Part shown: in pieces, positions 1 through 14,330 of the stretch
Position numbering within the stretch: the first letter of the stretch is position 1
How the letters are laid out: the number at the start of each line of letters is the position of its first letter
Origin: Camelus ferus
Lineage: Eukaryota
Assembly: GCF_009834535.1 (NCBI RefSeq)
Contig: NC_045697.1
Location: 55,740,001-55,804,000 of the forward strand
Length of the DNA: 64,000 nt
Direction of reading: 5' to 3'
Made by a program: the position numbers and the translations under genes
The notes under the pieces: generated by a model
Told to the model about the DNA's origin: nothing
Databases searched by the model: none
Seen by the model: the letters and a program-made list of their open reading frames with translations, nothing else

Positions 1-914
1 TACTGCTGGTAAAATTTATCTTTGTCGATACTTCTCCTCTACCTATACTTTCTTTGCTATTTCCTAACAATCCCTTTCTCCATTACTGAGCTCACAGGCC
101 TGCTCTTCTTCCTGCCACAAGGAACAAATTTCAGTAAATGAATGAATAAAGCAAATGATCTGATAAAATAATTGACACCTAGTTATGAATGATAATTTTT
201 TATTTATTCCAGGGAAATGTGCTATTCAAAGAATACCACAGGAAAAAGGTTTACCCAAAAGAATGAATGTATAATTCTTTAATTCTGGTAACAGAAGTAC
301 CCAGGTAAGAGAAAAACTATATCGCATGATGCACAGAGTAATAACTATTCTCACCACACACGTATTTGCCTATTCTGCTAACCTCATAAAGGTGCCATCT
401 TTTCCTTTTTCCAAAAATCTGGCAATGCTACCAACAACTCAAAATCCAGAAAAATGACCTAGTACTTATTTAAGTTTCTGAAATATTTGTATAACACTTT
501 CCCTCTATACTTTGAGTTTGTGTTCCTTTATGGCTTCCTTATTTGATATAACTGTGTAATTACAGATTGTAATTGTACAAAGTACAATTTAAATTTTAAA
601 TTGAAAGTTTTACAGAAAAGGGAAAGATAAATCAATATTTCCTGTAGCATTATTATTCACTATTGACAAAATGCATTATTCACTACTGATAAAATGGTGT
701 ATCAAGCATTTATAATTATATATGATGCATAATCAAGTATATTTCTAACTAGACAGAATTTCCATTTGGACCAAGCTATTATGAGAACCAATTTTTTTTC
801 CACATAACTTTAAATATCTGCATCCTGGAGGTTTCCATAGACTAGCTTCAAGCTCTGTAAACTTCTAACTCTTATTTCCCTCCAGTATTCACATAATTCC
901 AGTGCCAGGTACTT

Positions 915-1222
915 TGAGGTATACTCATATATTTGCATACATGAGTGTATGTATACATATATACACTTTCTATATGACTGTGTCCCAAAGCATATGGCAC
1001 TGAAAGTATCTAAATATGAGTGGATATTCATATAGAACTATGTATGAATATTTTGTTTACATAATTATGTATGTATACATATATATGTATATGCAGATAA
1101 TTTCTATATGAACATGAACCAAAGCAATTATAAGCTATATATATATGTATATGTGTATATAAACATGTATGCACATACATATGCAAATCTATTTACATAT
1201 ACATGAATACATATACATGAAT
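915..1222. repeat. Degenerate (TA)/(CATA)n low-complexity tract
   Basis: Runs such as catatatatgtatatg and tacatatacatgaatacatatacatg. Confidence 0.75.
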
Positions 1223-1329
1223 AATAGCACAAAATGAGGGTTCTCCATTCTTCACTAGAATCAAATTAGTATAAATCTGGTGCAGAATAAGATGTTAAAA
1301 GGTGTGTTCCCTACAGTAACCACTGTTAC

Positions 1330-1522
1330 ATCAGTGATTGCCAGACCTGGCATGCGTGAAATCCCTCTGAGTAGATGGCTATGTATTCCCAGGCTTTATG
1401 CCTGCAGGTAGCTTAAAGCCCATGTATCATAATGTTCACTCTAAGTGTTGCTTAAAGCCTATGTATCATAATGTTCCAATAAAACTTTATTACCAAAAAA
1501 CAGAAGTCAAACTCCTGTTCTA
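1330..1522. mobile_element. hAT-Charlie MER58-like DNA transposon remnant
   Basis: gttccaataaaactttatt..aaaaaacag core and a ...ctcctgttcta end resemble recalled MER58A. Contains an internal 27-bp direct repeat. Confidence 0.5.
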
Positions 1523-4500
1523 GATGATTACAAAGTGAAAAGAGTATAGCATGAAGCTTTATAAAAAATGGAACTATCATTTAGATATTTTTATTTGTTC
1601 CACATCTCACCTAATTACTTAAGCAATTACATTAGTCTTACAGGTAGGCTGAACTTACAAATGGCAGTATAATATGTACATTAATGGGAGATAACCACTC
1701 AATCAATGTTATAGTAAATGTTTTTCAGGTTCTAAACAAGTAATGATAAAGGATAAAGCAATTATTTCTATGGTGCTGAAAAGCTAATAACTAAATGGAT
1801 CAATGTCAAACAAGATGCAAAAAAAAAAAAAATTACACCCAGAACATTAGTAATTATAATTTTAACTAATACATTTGCATTTTATGTTGTATTAACCTGG
1901 TCATTGTTGGAAAATAAAAGTCGTAAACAAAACTGTAAATTGCACAATGACCAGAATATTGAGATAGTTGTCACAAGATGTGGATCAGCTTTTTTTTTAG
2001 CCATAACTTTAACTTTTTTTATGGCTTATTATGTCATCTGTTATATTATCAGAAATAACCAAAAGTGGCAGCCTTAAATTATAGGGTCCAAAAGAAAACC
2101 AGGTGTGATGAAATCTATTCTGTATTATCCCTCTGACTGGAAAAAATAATGTAGTTGCAATGCTAATAAATACCTATAATAATGACCTGAGACAATGTAT
2201 TGAATTATCAAAAATATAATACAAGATTAGATTCTATTATTATGGTTTCTGAGTATATTATACAAAACTCTCTGAAACTTTTTAATTATATGTTATTTAT
2301 TACCTAGGTCTATTTTATAACAAGAATGCCCTATTCCTTAAAAATTATCAATAAACATTTAATCATATATTTATTCAGAAATATCTGACACTATTGGGGC
2401 AAAAACCTTAGTCCCGTGACATTCAAAGTTCTAACATAAGTTTTAAGAAAGATTAAAAACTCATAAAATGATCATTTGTGTGTTTCTACATTCTGCAGTC
2501 ACCTTTTCAAACTCTTATTTTCATTCATGCTCTTTTCTCTTCAGAACACTTTCTGACAGCCCACTGACTTTAGACAACATATTAATGTGTACTCCACAGC
2601 ACACATTATTATCATTATTGTCACAGCTTGTATATCCTTTATGCAAATGATAAGAATAATACGACAATTGACAGTGTTACTGAATTAATTTTACAGAATA
2701 TAAATTTGTCTCTTCATGAGGCTTGCATCAAGTATCCAATTATAACCATATTACTAATTTTGAGGGCTTTATAAAGAAGTCTTTCATTAATGTTTTTTAG
2801 TGACCATTTACAATTTTATTCTAGGTATATTCTTTAACAGTTTAGTGTGCATATCTTTGGTTTAGAATTTTTAAGTCCACTTTTTTTTCTTCCTGATCCT
2901 TCTTTTTTGAAAAACTATTTCTGTGATATATATTTAATTTAAAATGTACTTCTGTTCAATAAGCTAGTTTGGGGTACATAATGAATTGAGTTTCTCTGAC
3001 AATGAATTTCAAATAGATTTTGTGTGTGGATTATTAAGAGGTAAGAGATATCCCACATTTTCCTAAAATGAATACTCCATTTATTTAATGGGTGGTTTGT
3101 TTGCTTAAGGCACTCTTTCAATTTGTACCACTTGGTAATATACCCACCAGGAGGCAGGTTGGCTTTCTCATCCTAAATATATCTAATGCTTTCTTCAGCC
3201 CTCGGCATCCATTTTCCCTAACCAGTTGGGGCATATCTTGTAAACAGAATAAATAATTAGCTACTTAACAGCTTCTTACTTGGAACATGAATTTTTAATC
3301 ACTTAAGTGCAACATGGCAGAATGAGTGAACATATGCCTATATTTTCCTAAGAAAATAATGATCAGAATCACTATTCTCAGCAGGGCTCTTTAAAAAAAG
3401 AGAGAGATTTAATGGAGCTTGGTGGCCTCAAGACACTATCAGTAACCAAGAATGCAGCTAGGTTTCTTGGAAAAACTCTGGCTCCTACATTTAAGAACAG
3501 TATCTGTAAGCTAGATATCACCCCAACAAATTCCCTTTTAAGTATCCTGACTGCCAAATTAGCAGTCAAGAGGTCCACACTTTAGTTACAGTGAGATACA
3601 TTTTAATCAAGTGTCTCTTATTTTTCATATTTTCCCAAAACACAGTTAACAAAAATAGAGAGAGTTCATAATATGAATTATTTCAATACTTGAAACTTGA
3701 CCATAGAATTTTTCCTAGTTTTCCAGTAATGGTATGGTTCATCTCTTTCATGGCTATAAATTTTCTACTCCCCTTTTCTTTCTAGTAATTAAAGCAATAT
3801 TGCCCGAAGAATGACATTATAAGTCACACTGAGGAGCCAATTAGCTTTTTTTGTACATGATTTACACAAACAAGCTTTAGTATGTCCTGAGATATTTATC
3901 CCAATTTAGGTCACATGCCCTGATTTTAAAATGTTACAGTTCTCCTCTGTGTCATGAAAAAAAACATCTTATTCAATAAGTTTACATGCGCTATGCCCTT
4001 TATTAATTCTTGCATGCTAGATAACTTTTCCAAAGTACTGCATCTTCTGATTCATTTTTTTCTTGAAGTGTCATATTTGAATTACTCAGCAGAAATATAG
4101 TTTTTCACTGTGTACTTAGAAAGAGACAGAAACTTTCCTTTTCCTCCCCACTCCCTCCCTTTTCCTCTCCCCTCCCTCCCTCAATCTCTTTTCTTTTCTT
4201 TCTTTCTTGCTTTTGAATTAAAGAAACAACAACAACAAAAAGCCCTGATTTCCAATTTAAACCATTAGCAAGACCTGTGGTTGGATGCCATTATGTTACT
4301 AATGGATCCACAGTGCAATGTGACACCACTTGCGATTTCCATTGGGAAATACATGCACATAATACACATGTTTATTTTAAGTTTAAAAGGGTATACTAAT
4401 GGTTTCAGCACTTTAGTGTTAAGTAATGAAAAAATTTCCCCTTTGGTAGGAAAGTGTTGTAATGTAATCCATGTTTTCAAGGGATAATTGGGTCTTTTCT

Positions 4501-7500
4501 CTCTTTATTGGGACTATGCTGAAGTTTCAAAGTAGATTCATGAATTAAGATGAAGCATGGACATGCTTGTAGTTTGCTCCAATTAACTCTCACCTCACCT
4601 TCTGTCCCATATGCATCTGGAGACCTCATTCTCACAATCTTCAACTAGACACATGGTTGCTCTAACATTGCTCTAAGATTCCACGGCTCTAGATTATAAC
4701 TATATTGAATTTGTGTTTATGATTTATTATTACATCATTGCAGTTTGTTGGTTTGTTTTACTACATTTCATTAGAATATTTGATAGCTGCTAAATCCTAA
4801 CAAGATAGATTTGCTTTCTAAAAATAAATAAAAGACTCTAATTCTTAAACTTAGCAGAGACTATCACAATCATATTTCAGATTAGGAAACTAAGGTCCTG
4901 TCAATTTGCTCAAGCACTGTTATCTTGAATCAACTGAGTAACTAGTTAGCGTTTCCCGCATTTCCCTTTGCTCTCATTTTTATTACTATTAGCAGTCCAA
5001 GCCATGATAAGAAATAATACAATTTAGTGCTCAGCTAGTGGAACTTGTACATTTCAGAATGTGAAGAAAATATTTAAATTAGAGAGGACATTCTGCTGCC
5101 AGTTTGGTTTGCAGAAACCAGAGACCCTCAGTGGGTGTAACTAGAGAATAAGAACTTGCTCTCTCACAGTCTTAACTGCTTCCCAGGCACTTGTTATTCC
5201 AGCAGTGCAGGCCACATTTTCTTAGGAGACAAAGTTGTCCAATTGTTCAAGGATAAGCCTGTCTATTTTCCTCACTTTCAAATTCTAACTTTACTCAGGA
5301 GGGCACACTATTGGTGTGGCTTCAAGAATCAACTGAAAACTCATATTAAGTCTAAACAAAATCTGGCATTTGCAAGCACTTAGGAAGACTGTACATTCCC
5401 TAAAACTGGCAGATGCCAAGCACTGAATACTACATGTTTTAAGACATGTTACGATAACATGAATGCTTAGCTGCCTACAAGTCAGGTAAAAAGTAACTGT
5501 GGAATACTACAACATTGTAGAAGGGACAGTGACTTGTAGGGGTGATCTGTCATTAGGATTTTATAATATTAGTTAAGTTTTGTACACAGCTTCTTACATA
5601 ATACTTGCATATCTTCACTGGCTACAGGCTATAGTGAGCAGATTCCATCCACATATACCAAGGCTTTTAATCACAAGAGTGGGTATTTTTAGCAGTCATT
5701 TCAAGGAGGTATTAAAAAAGACAGTGGTTTATACTGTCTTCTTGTATACTATTTCCTCTTAAATGTATCTTTTTCTTTTGTGCCAATATTTTGTCATCAA
5801 TATGGAGCTTTCAGATAAACATTAATTTTTGTTTGAATTTTTACAAATATTGTTCATAACATATTCTTTTGTCACTTGTTACCAAGATTATCAAATAATA
5901 TTTTAAAACTTAATAAAATGATTATTTTAAAAGTCTGACCATCTCAAGATAGCAAACACTTCCTCTAATTCATTGCCTTTAAAACACTTCAATAGATAAT
6001 ATACTTGAGTTTCTTAATACATTAAAATTTTACTGAAAACTATATTTTTCCTAAGGTAGTACTAATTTTTTTTTTAAATTCAAACTGTAAACTAAATGAA
6101 AAGTACACTCATTGTACATTAAGTAAACTGAGACACAGAAGGGCTGTGTGGTTTACCATTGGTTAGACAGCTGGCTTTCAACAGGACTGGATGAAATTCA
6201 TACCTCCTCTGCAATTCTCCTATTCTTTACATTCAACTTTTTTATGTTAACAATGCAAGATAGAGGCTGTGGCAATCAAAAAAGTTTTATACATTTTAGG
6301 CACTAAATGTAGATACTTTCATATTGTGTTTATGTAATAGGATTATCATTCAGCCTACATCTAATTTCAGTTCTTTGCTTAAAACTTACTCAATTGCTCA
6401 AAAGTTCTTGTCATTTTAAAAATGTAATGACTAAATAATTCTGCTTTAAGTGGCAAAAGTGGTTAATTTGGACATGCACTGATAAGAAGAGGCAAGGGAA
6501 GACAGTAATAGGGCAGTCAATGCCAACTGAAATAAAACAATTGTGCCAGCAGTTAGAATGCCATATGGAAAAATGAAGCCTGGTTTCATAACCAGGATGG
6601 AGAAAAATCTGTCAAGGGTTATTTTTGTTGCATATTCAAGACTTGATAAATTGTGTTAATTGCTAAAAGAATGAGGAGTTAACCAAGAATGGATTTACTG
6701 TGATAGGAATGGAATATGTTGAGAACACCAGGATAGTTCCAGAAATGTGTATAGGTGGTAGTTTAAGGTTTTGTTTTGTTTTTCACTTAGAACTGGCCAG
6801 GGAAATTTAAACTTTATTTCATCCCTATTAAAACACATTTCTTATGTCTTTCCTACATTCATAACACAGAAATCTCAGAAATCTTGAGCCATTTAATATG
6901 AATCTAATTCTATGTATCGCATAACTAAACAGCTATGGGATAAAGGCATTCACATTAAATGACAAGAATTTTGGGTGTTCGTAAAATGTTACTATTTTAG
7001 AGAGTACTATCTGCTTCATACTTCCAACCATAAATAAAGTACTTTTCTTTTTTTGTTTGTTTTTGTTATTGTTGGCTTTTACACTGAATATAGCATGCAT
7101 AGTTAAAATTTAAAGTCCAAACTAACATGAACACATTAATTTTAGACTCACATATCCAACCACCGCCTTTCAAACTCTCCAATTCAGGTCAAATGTAATT
7201 TTAAAGAATCAATTTTACATACAAACTGTGAACACTCTTTTACGCACTAGCTTTTTGCAGATTGTAAGAGGCAAGTTTAACAGAAGAAAGACATAAAAGC
7301 TACTAAGTAAGGAGTTTCTGCTTTTTTAAGACAAGAATAAATTGGAAAAGATTATAAACAATTAAACAAAAAAGATGCCACATTGAGAACTAAATGACAG
7401 CAGCTTTTCAGATAAGATCCATTCTAGAAAAACTGTCTTTTAGGAGCAGTCCTAGAATAAACTCGTCTTTTAAAAGTTCACCAGATTATTCTCATTTCCT

Positions 7501-8149
7501 AGAACTATTGTATATTCTCACTAGGTGTTCTTAACTCCATACTAACCTAGAAAAACATTTTTAAATTTCAGGATGAGCCAATTGACCTAGCCTCAATGAT
7601 TTAGAATCAAATAGCCTTCTTCTAAGTCAGTGATTTCAGACAACAATTACAGAGGACCTGATTTTCAGTATTCTAACCTGGAAAAGTCATGACATCATCA
7701 GGAACTTAAGTAAAGCTGTAATAGTTGAGACATAATGTTCATACAAACTACAAAATTGTCTGTGGAATTACTATATACAGACTTTTGTAAGAGGCACACC
7801 TACTGTCTCAGTGTGGAAACCTGAAACAATAAGGTATATGCACGCTTTTGTGCAAACCAACTGATGGTGCATTATCCATTAACGTACCTTAAACTTATTG
7901 AATAATTATCACTAGCAGTAAACTTAAAGCTAAAATATTTCTTTCCATTTGCTACTGTAATATAGGAATGTCTTGAGAATAATAAAATATTAAATATACA
8001 TTACATTGAAATGTATTAGATGAATAATGCAATATGAAAATAATAATACTTTATTTTAAAACATAAACAGTTGCATAATCTGATTTAGATTCTCCTGCTC
8101 TAGTCCCATATCACACTGAACTTCTTTAAAACACAGTACCATTATGTTC

Positions 8150-8282
8150 ACATGTCATCTTTCTGGCCTATAAGCTCCCTGCGGGCAAGGACTAAATCTC
8201 TGTTGTCACCACTACGTTTTGCTACCAAACACAGTGTTTACTAAACAGAACAGGTCCTGGACACATTTTTAAGTAAATAAAA
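8150..8282 (+). mobile_element. L2 3' end fragment
   Basis: taagctccctgcgggcaaggact...cacagtgtttactaaacag...gtaaataaa follows the L2 3'-terminal pattern. Confidence 0.6.
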
Positions 8283-8854
8283 ACTTTCCCTAAAATTTGA
8301 TTAACCAGGACATAGATTTCTGAAATGATGTGATATGATGTGATGTAAATGGATTTCAAAGATAAGTAAACAATGTTTAGAAGTGGTGGTTGCAAATTTT
8401 ATACATGTTTCTTAATAATGAATCAATTTCTTAATATGAGCCAGTATTAAATGTTACGTGAATCTGTATCCTCTTTCAATGGATCTAAAGCATATACATT
8501 ATATCTAGCTGGTTCAATATTAAGAAATCCAGTACTACCATGTGGACAAAGCACGGTAAGCCCTGTATTTTAAGGCCAATGCCTGATTTCATGTAGAAAA
8601 TCAACACATACACTTTTTTTTTTTCTCAAACAACAGTGCTGGACTGAATTGTAGGGGAGTCAACCTCTTTACCTACAGTACCTCTTAATGTTATGTCAAT
8701 GCTCAGAAGAATACAGGTTACTAAACATATTTTTTAAAGGTAAAATTTTGTATTTAATATTGAAAACAAATCAAAGAAAAATTATATGCATATTTCAGCA
8801 GGCAGCAAGATTAAGATAATAATCACAAAGATAATAAAATATCTGCAATAAATA

Positions 8855-9070
8855 CTACTATTTATAAAGCAGCTAGGAAGTGTCAGGCAATTTTAAAACT
8901 ACCTTACACACATTATCTGATGCAATCCCCACATCTACTTTATACCTGAGAAAATTCATTTTCAAGTGACATACAGGAAGCTGTAACAACTTATTCAGTC
9001 ATGTGATTTGAGTTCAAGAACCATGATTGGACATCAGGTTTACTGAATGCTCAAATACCTGTATTATCCT
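8855..9070 (-). mobile_element. MIR SINE (degraded)
   Basis: gtgtcaggca...ttacacacattatctgatgcaatccccaca resembles the antisense MIR core. Confidence 0.5.
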
Positions 9071-12000
9071 CTATTCAAAGTAACGTGTAGGTTGACACTG
9101 TAAATCCAAAGTACAATTGGCATTTGATATGTTTGCTTCTCTGATTTCAATTTTCATTTAATATCACTAAAAATTAATTTTCCTTGAGTAAATTCAGCAG
9201 CAACTATGGTAATCTTTCCAAATAAGATGAATTGTATATTTAGTAATAAATTTCCTGATGCTGCATGTGATACTTAATCCTTTAGTTGAGACAAAGGAAA
9301 GTTATAAGAAAAAAGAAGAGTAAGGTTTATTCCACAGTATAATGAAGAAAATATTCAATGTGAAAAAAACAAATAATGCCTCCATATGAATATATACCAT
9401 CCTCTAAAAAAGTTTTCAAAACTCATCTGGTCCACAAAAGTGTATTACAGAATACAGGAATAAAAATAGTTATGGTGACTAAAAACTAATTGCATATTGA
9501 TTCTGATTTACTCATTTTCAGACTGGTCCATTACTTTCATTTTGTCTAAGAATGCTTATTGATTTTGTTTATTATCTTTCCTTACATGTATTAGAATTTT
9601 AGTTTGCAAGTTCATTTAGTACATTTTTAAACTTTTTTTGTTGTTCCCTTTGATCTATCAACACATTGTGATTGTGTGGAATTTTTCATTTTTTTTTAAA
9701 TGAAGGCTTGTTACTCCCATCCCATAGTGATATCGAACATACATACATTACAGGGCCAATCACCTTATCATGAAGCAATTTAGCTCAAGTTCTACCTACA
9801 AGTTCTACCTCCAGCAGCCCCAGGCATAGGTTAGCTGCAGCTTTTTTTCCAGGTAAAGGACTCAGGACCCCTGGACAAGATCTTAATTTCATTCACAATA
9901 ACTACATGTTATTTTTATCATTACAGTTTTTGGCACTTAGAGCATTTTCCTCTTGTTTTTCTTCTTTCTTTCTTTTTTGTTTTTGGTTTTTTGTTTACTT
10001 GCTGCGGAGATGCAGAGGGTGAGAGCATCTATTACTCTGTTCTGTCCTCACTATGTTCATTGCTTTAGTTCACTTTCTTTCATATATTGTAATAATATTG
10101 CAATAATATCACAATAATTTCCTTTTGAGAAGATCTTCAGAGGTAGAAATGACATAACTTTAAGGCTGATAGAATGCAGTAGAAGGCTAGGTCAAAATGT
10201 GCATTTTGGAGAGGTAAATGAGTGGGACCAGTGTTGATATAGAAATACAAAAGGAAGAGGAAGTTAAAAAGCTTAGATAAGAAGTACAATTTTGAACTGT
10301 TAAGTTCTGGGATCCTGTAGAGCATCCAGGAAGCTCTAGGTCTGACTTAGACACATCAGATCATGTGTCTGAAATAGTGCACAATGAAAAGAACGCTGAG
10401 CTGCACATCAGGAGGCTTGCTTATTTGTTGTTGTTCCTTATCCTTTGTTCTCTACTCATATTTGTTTTCTTTTTTTGTTTTTGATGTGTGTCTCTCTCCG
10501 CATGTATTTGTTTTTAATATTAAGCAGGTTTTATTTGTCATGTAGGCTCTTTTCTTTATATGTAGAAGCTGTTTTTTATAGTAATATCAACTTCATAATT
10601 ATATTAGGTAATTGTAATAATCAACTCATCAAAGAATCTGTAGAGCCCTGCACAAAATAAAGGTGCAGAGTTCTATACAAAACTAAGGAGTTATCATTAG
10701 GTGATTTAACCCCACATTTAATGAGACTAGACCTCAATGATTTTTTTTTTATTATTAGACATTCATAATTGGCATACTTCAGCAGTCTTACTTAAAAATA
10801 ATCTAAAGCATAGTGTTAACTCTTTCTGCATATTACAGGTCTTCTAGACTACTGTGTCACTTTATAAAAATTATTTTATTTTTTCCACAGAATTCCATTT
10901 AATTTCTAAGAACCCTTTTGTATCTTAAAATCTGGACAACCTGTTTGTCTTTTAAAAAAATTTTATAGGCTAAATATATCCACTTCTAAAAAAGAAAAAT
11001 AATCCTTAGCACAAAAGTTAATCAAGTGGTCAATTAATTTACAATAGATTAAAAAAAACCTCAAAATATTAAGCAAAAATCACTTTTGAAATTAAAACTT
11101 TAAAAAAAATATACGAGGGTGCTATATTTTATTATTTGAAGAATATTTCAGGAAATAGAGACCATGACTAGAGATTATAATACTTAATCTTAAATTATGT
11201 GTTATAATACTTGAGAAATTTCCTATGATACAAATTATCATGGTACGAGTTCTCTCAAGTTTATTGTTAGAAATTTGCTTTTCCATAACTGTATCCTTTG
11301 TTTCTGAGAGATTCCGCCATAAACACTCAGAATCACATCCCTCATGTCCACTTTATTTCTCTCTCTGCTGATGATAACCATCTGCCATTGGCTGATTCTC
11401 TGTATCCTCCATCTCAGGCTGGAGTTGCTCCTACCCTCTGAATTCAAAGAATGGAGCAGTGCTCTCCAAAGCTTCCATTATTAATCTCTTATTTGTCCAA
11501 GGAATCCATCCAAAGTTTCATCCTCCAATCCTACATCAAGGTCTTCCCAAAATAACTAATAATGTTATTTTCCTTTTGGGGTCTCTTGACCCCTTCCATG
11601 GATGTATGATCTAGGTTGATCTTTATGTGAGAGTTCAATGTCAGTACTTTTTCCACAAAACCTGTGTTCATCAGTGGTAATTCTGGTACATTTATCAAAT
11701 ATTTATTATTTTACAATCTAGGGACTACTGACCAGAGGAAAAAGTTGAGGCTCTAAGCTGAATGTATGCCTGGCATATGGAAAATTTCAAAGGGAGGGTG
11801 GTTGCCTCCATGGAAAGTCAGGACCCTATTCTCCCTTTACTAGTTTTCACATTTTACTAAAACTGGTGATAGAAGAGAAGCAGCAGAGGCTAAGGCATAT
11901 GGAAACACTTATAAAACTGACCCTGCCAGGCTGAAGTGAACCCAGGTGATGACAGTGAGTGCATATTTCTCTAATTAGGTCTACTTCTGTTCACTCTTAT

Positions 12001-12139
12001 ACTTAAAGTTATTTTATCCTTTACATCAATAGGCTATTTACATCCCTTCCTTTCATGGGTGTATTCAGATAAATACATTCTCCAGCAATGATTTCTATAC
12101 TTCATAAAATACATGTCCTTTTCTTCAAGGTGCACGGCC

Positions 12140-12498
12140 ATGCTATATTTCCCAGGTTGCACTGCAGGTGTGGCCTTGGGACTGAATCCAGGCCAATGCA
12201 TTTGAGAAGAAATAGTAAGTGCTGCTTCCACAGTGGAACATAAAAATCTCCCATGCATTCTCCCTCTTTCCACAACTGAAAGCTGACATGACAACTTAGG
12301 CTTGATTATGCAGATAAGAACAGGCTGATACAGGAAACCAATGCTAAAGATGGCAAAATGTCTAACAAACTGAGTACCTGAAAGATTTTGTGAGTAGACC
12401 CCGGTGCCCTGCCCACCTGCACAGACATTCTGTAGTAAGCCACTGAAATTTTGGTCTGTATTTGCTACCCTGTAGCCTAAACTATACAAACTAATGCA
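12140..12498 (+). mobile_element. MaLR LTR, MLT1H/I/J-like
   Basis: tttcccag..tgcaggtgtggcc..ggccaatg..agaa motif; 3' end taagccactgaaattttgg...ctaatgca. Confidence 0.75.
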
Positions 12499-13447
12499 GT
12501 ATCTGTGAGATTCTTGGAAATTGGTGACTTATAAATTGTGACTATTTATGATTTTATATTCTTTACCTCTTCAATCTTCAAAGTTTTGTGATTTTGTGAA
12601 GAACTGTGATTAGTGATTGTTTTACCACAGAGTAACACAGCTAATTAATTGGTAGGAATTTCAACTCAAATCACAAATACAACAAATGGACAACGGCTAC
12701 TGAATATCTGAAAATTAAGCCTTTTCCTTTGGGGGAAAAGGGCCTGCTTTATGCTCAATTATCTAATTAATGGCCGCAAATCACCTCTGCTTGAAATGGC
12801 TACACTAGGAATAAACCGCTGTGTATTAAGATGTAAAACATAGATAATTTCATTTTATTGGAGTTGTCAACAATCCCAAGATCTGATTAAGTAATCATAT
12901 AGACCTCAGCACTGCTTGTTCAATAGCATTTGAGATACTTTATCACATAGAAGTTAATAATTTATTATTAGTATTCAATCTTCATTTATCAAATAGTCAG
13001 TGTAAAGGGAGTAACATATTGTAAAAGACTTTTTCATGAACCATTCAGAAAGTAAGTAAATTGGAGTTATTTACCTGTTGAGTGATGGTGAACACAGATA
13101 CAGTTCTGAAACGGCTAATAGATCCTTGTGGTGGTTTCTGACATTCAGATTAGGCGTGATGGACTCCTGTTTCTTAAAGTTCTGTCTTAATCCTGTCATA
13201 TATGTATGTGTGTGTGTCTGTTTTAGATTAAATGAATGCCTTTATATTACATATAAGATGGCTAGATGTTACCCTTAAGTTTCCAAGTGGCTTTAGATAT
13301 TTCATTTATCACTTCTGTAGAATTTTTTTCTTCATAAATTGTTTATATTGCAATCAAGGATAAAACATTAATGTGTGGAATGGATACATTGTTTAAGTGC
13401 ATTTTTATTTTAAAATCTCTATATTGTGTCTTTCTGTGTCATACATG

Positions 13448-13680
13448 ATAATAGTAACAGTTAATACATTTGAGGGCTTACCTGTTTGCCATGTGCTGCT
13501 ACAGTGCAATACATATGTTAACTTATATAACACTCTCAGTGGCTACAAGACTTTACCATTTTGAAAATTAGGAAATGGGCTTTTAGAGAGGTTAAATATC
13601 TTGCTTGAGGTCACAGAGCTAGAAGTAACGGATATTACTTGAGCCCAGTTGGTCCATCTCCAGAATACAGGATGCATATT
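13448..13680 (-). mobile_element. MIR SINE
   Basis: ccattttgaaaattaggaaatgggct..tagagaggttaaatatcttgcttgaggtcacagagctagaagt is the antisense MIR core. Confidence 0.8.
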
Positions 13681-14084
13681 GCCTGCATTTTCACTTATAA
13701 ACATCTAAGTAAGTTTTGAGATATATTTTAGGTGTTTTTCCCAATATTTATTCAAAATTGTAAAAAGGCCAAAGTAAAAATAAAACCAGCTTTATTTTAC
13801 TGCATGAGTATTTTACTAGAAAATTTATAGAGGAGATTATAGATGATTAACTGCATCTGAAGAAGCTTAAATTAAGAATATTGTTCTCTAATCTCAAACT
13901 TACGGTCAAAATCAAATGCAAGTACTGGAAGCCATGAGAGTTCTAGGATATCTGTTCTAAAAAAACTGGATAGGCTATTTTTCACAAATCAGTGTAAAAG
14001 CAGTCTTGATCCTGATTGTTTTCTCCTCATTTCCTTGATCCTTACATCTTTTTAAGAGTACAGGTTGTTTTTGTTCTTATTTTG

Positions 14085-14330
14085 ACATATCAATCAGACT
14101 TAGGTTCATTTCTTGTTCTCTCACTTAATGCTTTTGACACATGGCATGCTATAAAAAGTCTTGACTTCTTTTTTCTTTTGGTAATAATAGCTAGTAATTC
14201 TAAACGGTAATAGTAATAATTTTCACTTCATGAAGTATAGAGGGATTAAATAAGCCTTTCAGGTACGTTATATTGCATATGATCAGGAACAAAACAGAAG
14301 CACAGATAAATGATATTTAATAACAATAAT
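14085..14330 (+). mobile_element. MIR SINE (degraded)
   Basis: atcagacttaggttca...cacttaatgcttttgac...cacttcatgaagtatagagggattaaataag. Confidence 0.55.

Noticed and set aside
2500..2680. Acceptor-like tcttttctcttcag and octamer ATGCAAAT
   Set aside because: No matching donor or convincing coding frame; isolated motifs are common in AT-rich DNA.
12034..12489. Longest ORF in the track (151 aa, minus strand)
   Set aside because: Mostly antisense to an MLT1 LTR, non-ATG start, no recognisable domain.
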